DNA from: Chrysomallon squamiferum
Lineage: Eukaryota > Animalia > Mollusca
Reading direction: 5' to 3'
Length of the DNA stretch: 64,000 bases
Assembly (NCBI GenBank): GCA_012295275.1
Contig: CM022671.1
Coordinates: 36,394,001 to 36,458,000 of the forward strand
The notes under the pieces are model-generated. The model was not told the origin of the DNA. It saw nothing but the letters and a program-made list of their open reading frames with translations, and did not search any database. Below, one piece after another: positions 37,971 to 52,424 of this stretch. How positions within the stretch are numbered: position 1 is the stretch's first letter; each line of letters starts with the position of its first letter. Position numbers and translations under genes: made by a program.

Positions 37971-40355
37971 GCTCAGGGCTTTTTTATGGAGAGGTGCTAA
38001 GGACTCTTATATCGCTTTTGTAACTGTTTAGTTAAAATGAAAAGTCTTTGAAAAAGTTACTGAGAATGTAATATATTCACGTTTCTTTGGTTCCTGAGGG
38101 GGGAGGGAGGGAGTGAGTGAGGGAGGGGGCGATGCAACAATTTACTTTTATAACTTGTACCATTTATTACTTGTATAATTAGTAAAACTACAGTTTGTTA
38201 TAAAACTGTCATTGTGTTTAGGAAACTGCTGAAAAAACATTTTACACTCAGTGTTACCTATTTAGAAGAAAAAAAAACTCAGTGGAAATATTATATATAT
38301 ATTTAAATGTATTTTAAAATATGTAGTACGCGGAATGTAATGCAGTAGATTATCATAAACTTAACAATAAAAAAATATTGGTGTGTTTTACACATATTTA
38401 TCTATTTTAGCTAGTTTACATACTGGAAACATGATAGATGTTATCAATACTAGGACTGTGCAGGATTTTAATGAAGTAAACGAAACAGTTTATATACAAC
38501 ATTAAAAGTGACTAACTGAGAAATGAAAAACAAATAATGGAACTAACTAATACATACGTCAGGTTAAGAAATGAGTAAAGTGACTAATAGTTGTGTAGCT
38601 GAGGGTAAGAAAAAAGTGACTAACATACGACATGTTAATGTCACAGAAATAACATCGATACAGTTTATATGTCGTTAGTTAAGATATTTAATGTAGTGGA
38701 AACATGGATTCAGTGGATATTGGTTAAATGATATTTATTCAGTTTTTGATATTTAATAATAGGGGTATAATTTGCCTCATGGATATATTATATGTTATTG
38801 AAATACCACGGATACAATTCGTGTTAAATGACATGGATACATTTTATGCTAATTAAATAACCCAGATACAGTTTGTTAGATCAGTGATATAAATGCAGTT
38901 TATGTCAGTTAAATAACATAGAGCTGTTTACGTTTGTTAAATAACATGGATAGAGTTTATGTCAGTTATTCAGCAAAATTATCTGGTGCCGGCGATGTGT
39001 TTGTGACTGATATATTCTGCATGGAAGAGAGTGGCAAGTCAGTGTCTGTTCTTATTTTGACAGTGTATAATGTATAACTAACCTGTGTTAGTGACAATTC
39101 TTATAGATACATTTTAAATTGTTTAATCTGGCTTTCGTGTGGATTCTTATATTTATTTATTTATTTATTTATTTATTTATTATTTTTTTTTTGGGGTGGT
39201 TTTCCCTGTGATATTAACTCACACTGCAGCACTGAAATTGTAAATAAAACTATTCAAATATTTGTATTATAAATTGTTGTATCGCTTATGATTATCTGGC
39301 TCGTAATTAAATAGTAGATATACCGTAACTCGTGCTTTAGCCTCAAGTGGAGAGATAGAACTGTTCCTTTATACACACTGATGTCAATTTAGTTTTCAAA
39401 TTCCTTGTCAGGTGGGTACAAAACGTGATTAACTGTCAAACTGAATCCTGGTAAAACACTCCACACGACACAGTTAATAACAGGGATGCGATTTATGTTA
39501 GTTAAACGGCATGGATACAGTTTATGTTCATTAAATAGCAAGGATACATTCAATGCTGGTTAAGTAACATCGATATAATTTATGTTAGTAGTTAATGTGA
39601 ATACAGTTTAGTCATATAATGTGTATACAGTTTATATTAGTTATATAATTTGTTAGTAAATAAGTGGATAGTTAAATAATGTGTATAGTTTGTTAGTTAA
39701 ATAACATGGATACAGTATACGTATGTTAAATAAAAAGGAGACAGTTTATGTTAGTAAATACCGTGGATACAGTTTGTTAAATAATATCAGTACAGTATAT
39801 GTTAGTTAAATAACAAGCTAACAGTTGATGGTAGGTTAAACTCTTTGGACGATAGTTGGAAAAGTTTAATTTTTGAGAAGATTATAAACATTCTTACCTC
39901 ATACCATACCTTTTTAATTTTTTTTTTTTCAATTCAAGGTCATTTGTTTTGACTATTAATTTTTTTTTTAATACATAGTATATTTATACATAGTATACTG
40001 TAGTTGTATATACAGACGATCTTACCAAATCTTATTTATACACATAAACACACACACACACACGTAAATACATACAAACGAACTTACTCAAGTACACACA
40101 TATATATTGGTTTAACGGACATTAATTTTTGTTTCTATATGATGTTAATCAAATGGAAACTTCGATACAACATTTGTCTGCACGTATGCTCTCTCTCACG
40201 TACAAATAAAATTGTAATTGTCATTATATATTATTCTTAATGCTTTTGCTGTCACTCAGGAAACACACTGCGCATGTCCATCATTGTCTACCACTAAGTC
40301 AAATTTAGATTTCTGAAAAACGTTTATCTTATAATAATAATAATAATAATAATAA

Positions 40356-40415
<60 letters not shown>

Positions 40416-41911
40416 AGCTATTTTGTTGGTTACAAATTTGATCGATAGGAACCAAATATTCACTAATTTTCTACCAAATATATTTGACTGCTTTTCAAGA
40501 GATATTAAAAAAAGAAGAAAAAGAAAAGAAACATAAAATACAATAAAGACTACACAACACAGTATAAAATATATTTGTATGTGATATATATATATATGTA
40601 TATATATACACAATAAAATGTGTAACACACAGAATATAATGATAACACACAGAATATAATGATCACAAACTTAACAATGAATAAGGTTAGTGTATTTTAC
40701 ATAGTTCTCTGTTTTACATATTTCTCATACAGGCAACACAACAGCTGTTTTCCAGTGTTTGGACTATACCACAATTTAATAAACTTAATAAATAACATAA
40801 TTTATAAAACTGTGTTACAAGGAATAATACTGAAATAAGAAATAACTAAAATAACTAACATACGTATAGCACAGGGTAAAAAATAAGTAAAGTGACTAAC
40901 ATATGGATAGCTGAGGATAAAAATACACTGAATAAAAACGAGTATTCGCACCAAGCTAGAGTTATCTGCCTTTCTACATTATGAAACAAAGTCACGCACT
41001 AAGCACTCGTTTAACTAAGAAAACAGTTCTTCATGGCAGAGTGGGGCACATTTAACCGACGACTTTTACCAATAAATCTACACAGACTGCACTTCCTGTC
41101 TTTGCAGTATTGTTTCCACATGTACACATTTCTCCCTGCCAGAGATCTCCCAAGTTGTCTTTGCTTCACAACAGGAACAAATATGCGGATAAAACACACT
41201 ATTCACAGAAATGCTACTAGAATTGATTTACATCCTTTAAGATTAATAAAATAAATACTGTGGAATGAAAATACTTCCGGGGAATGGTACTATTCCTACA
41301 GCAAAACGAAACACAGAAAGTGGATTTTATCCAGTGAGAAGTTGAGAGTAAACTGTGAACACATTAATTGAATAACATGATTATTCAAATACATCTTACA
41401 ATATTCAACAGTTGACCTATATCACTTTTTACACTTCATTAATTTCACACACAGACAAACAAATCACAACTTAGTTTACAAGTAAAACCTTAAAAAGGTC
41501 TCTCTACAAATGTAACTTCACAATGTTTTCACTTTACAAAAATACAAATAATAAAAAAAAAAATTATAATAATAAAAAAATATATGTATAATATAAAATA
41601 AAATAAAATAAAATATTTTTTAAATAAATAAAAATTACAATTTTCTCCCTTCACTAATGAAACTTTACAATAATCTGACTTTGAACAGGAAAGTTTACCA
41701 AATGCATATTAGTTTCCTCTAACCAAATATTAGAAACATTGCAGTTTGTTCACACTTAAATACTGACTACATGTTAAACAGAGAGCAAAATAAGACAATT
41801 TTAAATTCAAAATAAAAACACAGTGAATATATTTAAATAATCTTTTGTTTTGGTTAAATTCTGTTGCAGATTGTAATCACTAGATTACTTATCTTGAACA
41901 CATGTATGTTG

Positions 41912-41958
<47 letters not shown>

Positions 41959-42545
41959 CATGATAATCATGATGATGATGACAATGACAATACGAATAAT
42001 GAAAACAAAGTTAGAAATATTTTTTAGAAATATATTTCTGAAAATAGGAGTAAACTATACAACGAATGCACAGAATGTTTAACATCAAAACAAAATGTGT
42101 ATGCACTCATTCAGAAAAGAAAGAAAGACGATACCATTGCACTTGATAAATGTAACTGCATGTTTTACATGTAAACAGAGGCTCTAGGTTTGGAATGAAA
42201 TAAAACATTTTTCACTTGCTACTCATGTATTAATGGTTCTATTAAATGTGTTTGTTTTCTGAAAGAGGCTATCTGTTGCATCAAAGATTTGATTAAACCA
42301 GGCAGTAAGCAGGATTAACTGAGAGGTGTTCTTTCTTAACTGTGTCTTACAGCAACAGCAAATTACAAATCTTATAATAACATTTATATAACATTTATAT
42401 ATTTATAACATTTATATATTTACTTTTACAGATGTTACAGTTGTTAGTAAAATTAATGGTAGCAGATAATAAAATAACAGTCTGGATACACAAACACAAA
42501 GTGAATAATGAGCTGTATTAGCTGAAATAATAAAACTTGTTTTAT

Positions 42546-45124
42546 TTATATTTTCGGAGCACTTTTGTCCACAGTGGTTGTCTTTTTCAGTGTTTGTTTG
42601 CTGAAACTTGAAATTGATCCAAGCAAAGCTCCTCGACTCTCCACTCCTACTGGAGGGCTGGTTGCATTAGGAGGGGGTGGAGGAGGTGGTACACATCCAG
42701 GTGGAGGGGGTGGTGCTGGAACTGCTGAAAGAGAAAAAGCGTTAACGTAATATGATACAGAAATACTGTAGTATGTTAAATATCTGTACATCATCAAACC
42801 AAAGGTAAATAAAATAAATTAAAAAAAATTAATAATAAAAATATATACAAATAATTGTATAATTTTAATACACACAACAACACTCATATATGCACATACC
42901 CCACAAACCAGTCATATATATGAGCACACGCATTTATGTATACATATGTGCATACACATGATACACACACACAGACATCGTGCATGTAAATACATTCACA
43001 AATACAAACTGTTTAGATTACATGAACACTGCATGCAGACCAGTTTAAGTAAATGTAATGAACTAAAACATGTCACTCAACACCTGTGTTTTAATGGTAA
43101 ACTAACAAAATCTAAAACATGTACACTCAACACCTGTGTTTTAATGGTAAAAAAATAGGCGGTATGGTTATGTTTTTAATAACAATAACAATAATAATTC
43201 TTAAATAAGTTATTTATTATTTATTATCTTTACGAGCATTCTAATTATGCTTAAAATTGTGCATTAACTAAAAACAGCCTTTATTAATTTAAACCTGAAG
43301 CAAAGAGAAGCAGAGTTACTATTCTGTATCTACACAGTCCGACACTGTTCAATGATGAATTAAAGCTACTGTTCTGTATCAAATAACCATGGACTGACAG
43401 TGTGAAGTAATGAATTTCTGAACACAAACACAAATGACCTAACACTATACCATACCAGGTTTTATATAGTAAAACACGTTACTACTGGCTATGATTATTA
43501 TACACTGAACATATATTTGTATTGCAGATTCCTGGATTTGAAATGATTAAGAACTAAGAGGTGATTTGTTTGGGTTTTGACCAGTTGTGTTGGAAGAGAC
43601 TGTTTACTGGAGAATCTAGAGACTGTTGTGATACAGAGACTAATCAGATGTAAGCTCTGTGGATCACCAGTACACACAAACAGTTATCAAGCTAGAATCA
43701 CACTAGCATAAAGCAAATAATAAAATATTTTGAAATTAATAGATATGTTTGTCCATTCATTTTCAGTGTATTTATTTACAAACATCTTTCACATTATATT
43801 ATTCTGTAATTAACAAAGTCAGAAAAATTCAATGTAATGTTGTGATAAGCATATTAAAAATCAATAACCAATCTATTTATAGCTAAACTGAAGTTTCTGT
43901 TTCCTGCTCATAAAACTTATTTGTTCTCATCTAATCAGTGCTGATAAAGACTAGCAATTTTAAACTAGTTTTAAGCTAAATCTCTGAATCATAGAAAAAT
44001 GTTTATTTATGAAGTATTTCTCTAAGAAAATTCTCAACAGCAATTATTCAAACCATTCACTGAAGATATTACATTTTGTTTAATAGAGCAAAGTCCAGTA
44101 ATATTTCTAGACAGGATATCATGTTGGTTCAGTGTGGCAGATATCAGTAATATTTCTAAACAGGATATCATGTTGGTTCAGTGTGGCAGATATCAGTAAT
44201 ATTTCTAAACAGGATATCATGTTGGTTCAGTGTGGCAGAGGTAAGTAATATTTCTAAACAGGATATCATGTTGGTTCAGTGTGGCAGATATCAGTAATAT
44301 TTCTAAACAGGATATCATGTTGGTTCATTGCAGGAGAGATCAGCAATATTTCTAGACAGGATATCATGTTGGTTCATTGCAGGAGAGATCAGCAATATTT
44401 CTAGACAGGATATCATTCAATATGATTTGAAGACAGGATAAAGTTGGACAATGACAAAATGACAGGAAATCATGTTGAAGGAAGATTTCTAGAATAGCAT
44501 TCAATATATCATTTGTAAATCTGAAGGAAGAGTGAATTGCTATCATTTGTGAAAATGTTGAGAAAAGAGAGAAAGCTGGTAATTTAGGAAAATACTTGAA
44601 GAGTGAAGAAAACAATAATTATAAATTTAATAGAGTATATATATATTTTTTTGTTTTGTGAAAGGTATGGACTGTTAATCACAAACCAGTTTTTCTATGA
44701 TTCATAAGACAAGCATAAGTTTATATATTATTAAGTATAAAATTATTAAACATGCGCTCATAATGAAGGTATAAAGCCTATTATCCAACACCTTTAGTCA
44801 ATGCAGTATTAGAAAACATGCCCAAGTATACACCAACAACAGAGAAGAAGCAAGACAGAATCTAATTAGAGAAAAGTGTTTACCTCAGTCACTATTCTCC
44901 TGAAGTTAAAAGAAATCACATGTCATTTTTAATTAGATCTATCAGTCTGTTTATATGTACACACAAATGACCAAAAAAAAAAAAAAAAACACAAAAAAAT
45001 CAAACATATTCACCTGGATTTCAAAAAATGTTAAAAGACAATTCAAAATTTTATGATAAAAAGTCAACAAAATATGAATATCCTGTTGAAAATATAACAA
45101 TATTTTTTTATAACAATGGTAATA

Positions 45125-45174
<50 letters not shown>

Positions 45175-45859
45175 CAATGTCAAAATAACCACAAGTCTAG
45201 ATCACTTTCTACATTTCAAAAACGTCTCCATGGTAACATGTAAAATGTCTGTGTGAACATCTCTCTAAGTGCAAAACATACAACACAAGATAAAATCATC
45301 TGCTGTCTCTTTCCTTTTAAATCTCGGTATATTTTCACTTTCCTCATTTTTATAAACAAAATTAAATAAAATACTGACTTATAAGAGTTGCACTTCAATA
45401 GTTAAAATTATTTGAAAAATTTATTATAACCCCCTGTTCCATTAGAAAACCCCTCTAGCCAATCTCTTTATCTTGAAGAAAACAAATGAAAAGTTCTGTT
45501 TTTCAGTCTATTATTCCAGCATGCAGTCAGAATGCAGAGACGTCAAATCTGAGAGAAGACAGATTTCTCTTGCAAAACTGATTTAAAGACTTGTAAATTT
45601 CTTAAAGTTAACAAAATGCACAAATTAAACTGGAAATGAAGCGTTAGATGCAAGCACGATGTTAAACTGTTTATTTTTGAGAAACACTACCTGGTGTTGT
45701 AGTAGTTGATGTTGGGCTAGCTGTAGAGTCTAGTGATGTTGGTGATGTTGGTGATGATGGTGTTGTGGGAGAAACAGGTGACATTGGTTCAGCTACATCT
45801 CCATTTTCCATAGCTTTCTGTTAAAAACAACATGATTTTTCCAAATCTATCTTAATCTC

Positions 45860-45924
<65 letters not shown>

Positions 45925-48791
45925 ATCTATCTATCTTATCTGTCTGTCTATCTGTCTGTCTATTTGTCTATCTATCCATCTATCTATTTATCTATTCTTC
46001 TGGTAAATGTATATGATTACAAACATGTTTTATATAAGATACATACATGTATATAATTATAATAACACCTAGGAAAATTACATTTTTCCTCACAATAGTG
46101 GTAATTTATGTAGAACTGTTGATTTGAGAAATGGAAGTTTAAAACTGAAATGAAACCTTTCGTGACTTTCTTCTTCTTTTCTTCTCCTCTTCACACATGT
46201 GGAATTCTTTAGCCTTGGAAATACGTTTCACCTTGCTTATCTGATTAAACAATAATAATAATAATAACAACAACAGCAACAACAACAACAAAATGTTGAT
46301 AACTTTTTGATTACGGCAATTAACAAAATGTTGATAACTTTTTGATTACGGCAATTAACAAAATGTTGATAGCTCTTTGATTACGGCAATTAACAAAATA
46401 TTTAAATAAATATTTTGATTTCTGTTTTGTCATTCTGTGAATTATCTAGTTTTCATTAAGAATTTTTTTAAATGTTCAAACTGAATTTCTGTGAATAAAA
46501 TATTGTTTTAAACCACAAACCAAACAAAAGACTATCATGAAGAATAAAAAAAAAGTAGAAATTAGAATGAGAAAAAAAAATAACCAGTTTGTGTTCTTCT
46601 TTCAGTCTGTGTTCCATCTCATCTCGAGCCTGTCTCACGCTCTCCTTCAGTTTGCTTGGAACTTTGAACTGTGGCTTGTCCATCAGTCCGAACGTCACAT
46701 CACTGAACAGTCTGTCAACAAACAGCTTAACTTAGGTTACATACGAAAAAACAGCCAGTGTGTTATGACAGACAATCAGCAGTAAGAGATACAAAAACAA
46801 CTGGTTGGATTGGGAAACACTGCTAAGAACAGACCAGTGACGTGTTGTCACGTCTGTCTATAAACAAAATAATTATCTCAGTTACAACATCAAGTCAATA
46901 ACTGATCAATAACAAAATATCCTACTCAGCGTTTTATTAGTTCTATTTTAAAATCCTTTAATTACACACTGCTTCTTAACTGAGTCCTACAGGATATATG
47001 AAAGCAGTAGTAAGTCATACAGGATATAAAATAAGCAGTATGGGATATATTGTTGATCCAAAGGATACTAACGAAATATTTCTGCAGGAGATAAGTATGA
47101 CTACTGTTTAGGATATATAACAAGTCCTGCAGGATACCAACGAATGTGAAAACTTACGGATGTTGCAGAAGATCTCCGACAGTAGGTAATCCATTTTTAC
47201 ATGCTTCAGTAGTTAGAATCGACTCAAGTACTGATCCTGTGTTTCAGAGAAAAAATCAATTTAGTATAAAATACACTGTTTTAATTATACCTTTTTGGTA
47301 ACAGTGTTAAATAAAACAGTGCTACAGCTTTGGTACAATAAGATAAGATAATTAAATTATATTGTTTTAGAAAGAATGTGAAATAAAATATTTAAATTAT
47401 ACTGTTTTGGTAACAAAAAAATTGCTGGTTTCGTATCCATTTCTTTGTCACTTTAATACATTATGAACAACTGTAAGGAAAACTGTGTAAGCTAACAACT
47501 GAATTTACAATTCAGCTGGCTGTTTTAACTGTAACACTAGATTTAATTTAAACATTACTTGTCTTCTCCAGCCATATTCTGAGAAACTTGAGGACCTAAA
47601 CTGTTTGGTAAACTTGCTGAAAATTACATTTTTTGTGTCATTAGTGGAAGCCTCCCTCTTCCTCTATAAATGTTTACACCAAAAAAATTAAACTACACAC
47701 TAGAAAGATCATTCTTGAACAACTCCTCTCCACAAAGTATGGATACTAAATATACATATCTGAAGTATTGATATTAAGTAAACATACATATCTGAAGTAT
47801 TGATATTAAGTAAACATACATATATAAAGTAGGCATACTAATCAAAAAATATATCTGATGTAGCAATACTAAATAAATATATCTGAAGCAGGGATATCAA
47901 ATAAATGTACATACAAGGAGAAGGGATGTTAAGCAAGTGTATGTATCTGAAGTAGGGATACTAAATGAAACATGAAACTGAAGTAGGATACTAAATGAAA
48001 CATGAATCTGAAGTAGGATACTAAATAAATGTATGTATCTGAAGTACAGATACTAAATAAACACATGAATCTAAAATAGGCATACTAAATATATATTCAT
48101 ATTTGTAGAAGGGATATTAAATAAATATATATATCTGAAGTAGGGATACTAAATGAACGTACATATCTGAAGTAGGGATACTAAATGAACGTACGTATCT
48201 TAAGTAGGGATACTAAATGAACATACGTATCTTAAGTAGGGATACTAAATGAACGTATGTATCAGAAGTAGGGATACTAAATGAACGTACATATCTGAAG
48301 TAGAGATACTAAATGAACGTACGTATCTGAAGTAGGGATACTAAATGAACGTATGTATCTGAAGTAGGGATACTAAATGAACGTATGTATCTGAAGTAGG
48401 GATACTAAATGAACGTACGTATCTGGGCGGGACAGGCTGGAGGGTAAGAGTCACAGGTGGGTGAGTTGAGTTGGTAACCAAGAACCATTTCGTAGAGAAG
48501 ATGTCCAAATGAGTAGACGTCTATCTGTTCTGTTGTCTGAAATAACAAACACATTTTAAAATCTTTACCATCCGTTCAAACAGTATCGTGTGATACTGTT
48601 AAAATCATAAAATTATTTGTTATAAAATTTATTAAAAAAAAAAAAAAAAAACTTTTGTAAGTGTTGTGTATTCACAAACATTCATTCTAACACAGACACA
48701 AAAACATTTAAAATACTAACTTCAATATAAAATGTTCTCTCAAAAATACTTGTAATAAATAAACAATTTGTTAACTATGAAAATGTTGTTG

Positions 48792-48822
<31 letters not shown>

Positions 48823-50039
48823 TACATCACAAAATAAAAGATCTACCTGTATTTTTTTGAACTCTGTGAAATAAATTCGGTAGTAGGATGGCACGCCTAG
48901 CAACCAGTTTTCCAGTTCTGTCAAACGACAAACGTTCTTTTCCACTATCACATTTCCTGCATGTAGGTGACCTGTATACAGTTTTAAAAATTACTAAGAC
49001 CTGAATATAATAAACCTATTATATCAAAACTTTCTCAGAATAACCCCCCACCCCCCAAAAAATCCTTGTAATGTATTTTTTAAAATTATATTATGATACA
49101 TTTTAAAAAACAAAAACAAAGGAAAGCGTTATTTGCCAAAAATTTAATAGTAAGTGAAAAAAAAAGTTCATTTTAGAAAAGTAAAGCATAAAATAAGAAA
49201 AATAATGAAATCAATTTCAATGAAGACAAGAAACAAATGAATTGCTTACAGTCATGGAACTTTTTAAAAGAAATTGATTGGCAGACACAAATAAGCCAAT
49301 CATTTTAATGTATAGAAATAAGCAATACATTTTAATGTATACAAATAACCCAATCATTTTAATGTATACAAATAACCTAATCATTTTAATGTATACAAAT
49401 AACCCAATCATTTTAATGTATACAAATAACCCAATCATTTTAATGTATACAAATAAGCCAATCATTTGAACAACAGAAAAGACACTGGGACTGTAATTAT
49501 ATTAGCAGTTCAGTTTACTCACCGTAAGGAAAACCTTTATCTTGCAAATATTTCAAAGCTTCTAAAATCTGTTTTCCAAATTTCTTAATGGAGGCAACAT
49601 CTAATCCCGAAGGAGCTTTGGGCAACACATATTTTTTCAAAAAATGTCCTTTCGGCTTGCACTTGCAGATAATATCTCTGAGACAACCACTTTCACTAAA
49701 TGAATGAATCACAACTCCACCATTTTCATTTGCTGTTGCATACAATACTGGATGAATGAACGGATGCTGGAAAAAAAAAAAAAAAATGTTTGTTTAATTT
49801 GAATTTGTTAATATTACAAGTAGCCAATTTTAAATGAATTTTGAACATTCTCTTTAAATATATTTTTAATATCCACTTTGTATTAAACATTACAAGTATG
49901 GATAAATAATGGGGAATGAGTTCAGAATAAATAAACAAAGGAAATGACATTGTTAGATGTCTCTTCTCCCAACCCAAATAATCAGAAACAAAACCTAAGT
50001 ACATCTGTTTAATATTCTAATTAAATTATGTTGCAATTA

Positions 50040-50077
<38 letters not shown>

Positions 50078-51714
50078 GAGGAAGAAGAAGAAGAAAAACA
50101 AAAACAACAACAACAATGATAAAAATGAGATTATCAGTCTATATCAGCTTCTGTTACATAAAGTAATAACATGAATATATTAAAATACATGATATATCAA
50201 ACACTGTTACATAAACTGATAATTTACTATGTTAAAACATAAAGACATATTCATTTACTCTGACTGTGATTATCTTACCTGTATTGTGGGTAAAAATTTC
50301 ATCAGTGCACATAGTTCCTTTTCTGGAATGTATTTGTCAGGACCAAAGTCACACTGAAATAAAATATTTAAAAAAAATAAAATAAAAATAAATAAATAAA
50401 TAAACAAAATACACCTGTTATATGTCAATTTTCATATATTGTAGCTTCTACAATTTAATTTTCAAAATGTATTTTTATTCTTAAAGATACCATTGTTGTA
50501 TTCATGCACTGGTTAGTGTCAAATAGTTACAACTAGGACTGGAAACTTGATGGAAAACATAAATTGTCGATAAAGTACAAAGTAATTTTGACAGCAAAGT
50601 GGTTTTTAAAAGTAAATTTTGCTATAAATCAAACTTTCAAATACGACAACAAAATACTGATTGAAAAAAATTGCCTTCAGCTGTCCTGGTCTGAAGTTAG
50701 TGTACTGTGCTGTGATTGGTTGTGTCACATTGGACAAACCAATCACAAGTCATGATACAAATATTTGACATTACAACAGCTAGACAGGTAAAATAAAAGA
50801 TTTAAGAGTTTTAAGCAAAAGGTTGAGAGAAGATTCTGGAAAGTTTTAATTAAACAAACCCATGACAACATCTGCCGAAGTTTTGGTTGAGCAACTGGTC
50901 TGATGAGAATGTAAGTCTTTCGAATACGCCATCCTACAAAATAAATAAATAAATAAATAAATAAATAAATGTCTTCCTTTTCTTCAAAATATTATTTTAT
51001 TATATTTTAGTTTGTACAAACATTCTATTTATCATAACATTAACAGCTAGATTATATTAATTTGTTATGTTAATTTGTTAAATATCTGTGTTAATTCTGA
51101 AGCGTATATTTATTAAAAAAAAGAAAGACTCATGTAGTACTCCTTAAACTCTAATAATTATTTTAATTTTTAAATTTCAAACACACACAGATGAAAGTTA
51201 AATGTGACCCTACATTAATAACAGCTCATGAATCACTTATCCAGTGTTTTGTTTTAAAAACACATTTCCCCATTTAAAAAATGCTCTGATGTTTTTGAAA
51301 TGGAGAATTAAAGAGATAAAGAAAATTAATTGAAGATTATTTTGTAGACAGCCATCAACACATCTTAAATGATTTATAATTTCATGGAAATGTAAATAAA
51401 GAATTAAATAATTTAAAATTACCACAGCTTGGAAATGTAGTTAAAATATTTAAATAATTTAAAATTACCACAGTCTGGAAATGTAAATAAATATTTAAAT
51501 AATTTAAAATTACCACAGTCTGGAAATGTAATTAAAAGATTTAAATAATTTAAAATTACCACAGTCTGGAAATGTAAAAAATATTTAAATAATTTAAAAT
51601 TACCACAGTCTGGAAATGGCTCCACGACATCCCAGTTTGGTTCAGATCGGAACAACATGGAAACATGCTGCAGTGCCACTTCTAATAAAACACAAAACAA
51701 ATTACACAGTGACA

Positions 51715-51772
<58 letters not shown>

Positions 51773-52355
51773 CAGTAACAATAACAATAACAATAACAAT
51801 AATTAAAATGCTTAAATACTGAAATAAATAAATAAATAAATAACAACAACAATAATAATACTAATAATGGTTACAACAACGTTAATATTAAATAATAACA
51901 GTAAAGATCATAATAAGAAGAACTTAATGAGAACAGAAATCATTTAAAACACTGGATAGTTAAATTAGGTTTAATATACTGTACAGACCTTTGAAAGTTG
52001 CAGTTGTTCAAGAAGCAGTCCTGTCTGCTAATAATAACAATAACAACAACAGTGACAGTATTTGTAACAATTTAACAATAGTGATGCTAGCAGTGACAAG
52101 GAAACTGACGATGAAAAAGGTCAAGGTTACCTAGGAAGTTTGCTCCGTAGTTTGTAGGATCTAAAAATCTCTTCACTGCGACACTTTCACTGAGCAAATG
52201 GTAAGTCATTATTTCATTGAGCAGGTTCTGAAGTTACACCAAAACACAGTACATAACATTACAACAGTGAAATCAAACCGATTATTTATATACAACAATA
52301 TAATATACATTAGATATATATTGATGTACTTCAAATACATGAACTTTATTATGAG

Positions 52356-52424
<69 letters not shown>

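Larger units (their letters stand above)
31776..42723. repeat. Tandem segmental duplication, unit B (~10.95 kb), lacking ~7 kb that is present in unit A
   Basis: Colinear with unit A except for a jump near 36690 to sequence matching ~25724. Confidence 0.9.

Noticed and set aside
44095-44420. Regularly spaced repeats as a possible CRISPR array (also 47740, 56820, 59908)
   Set aside because: Head-to-tail units without unique spacers, inside introns of a eukaryotic gene, with no cas genes.
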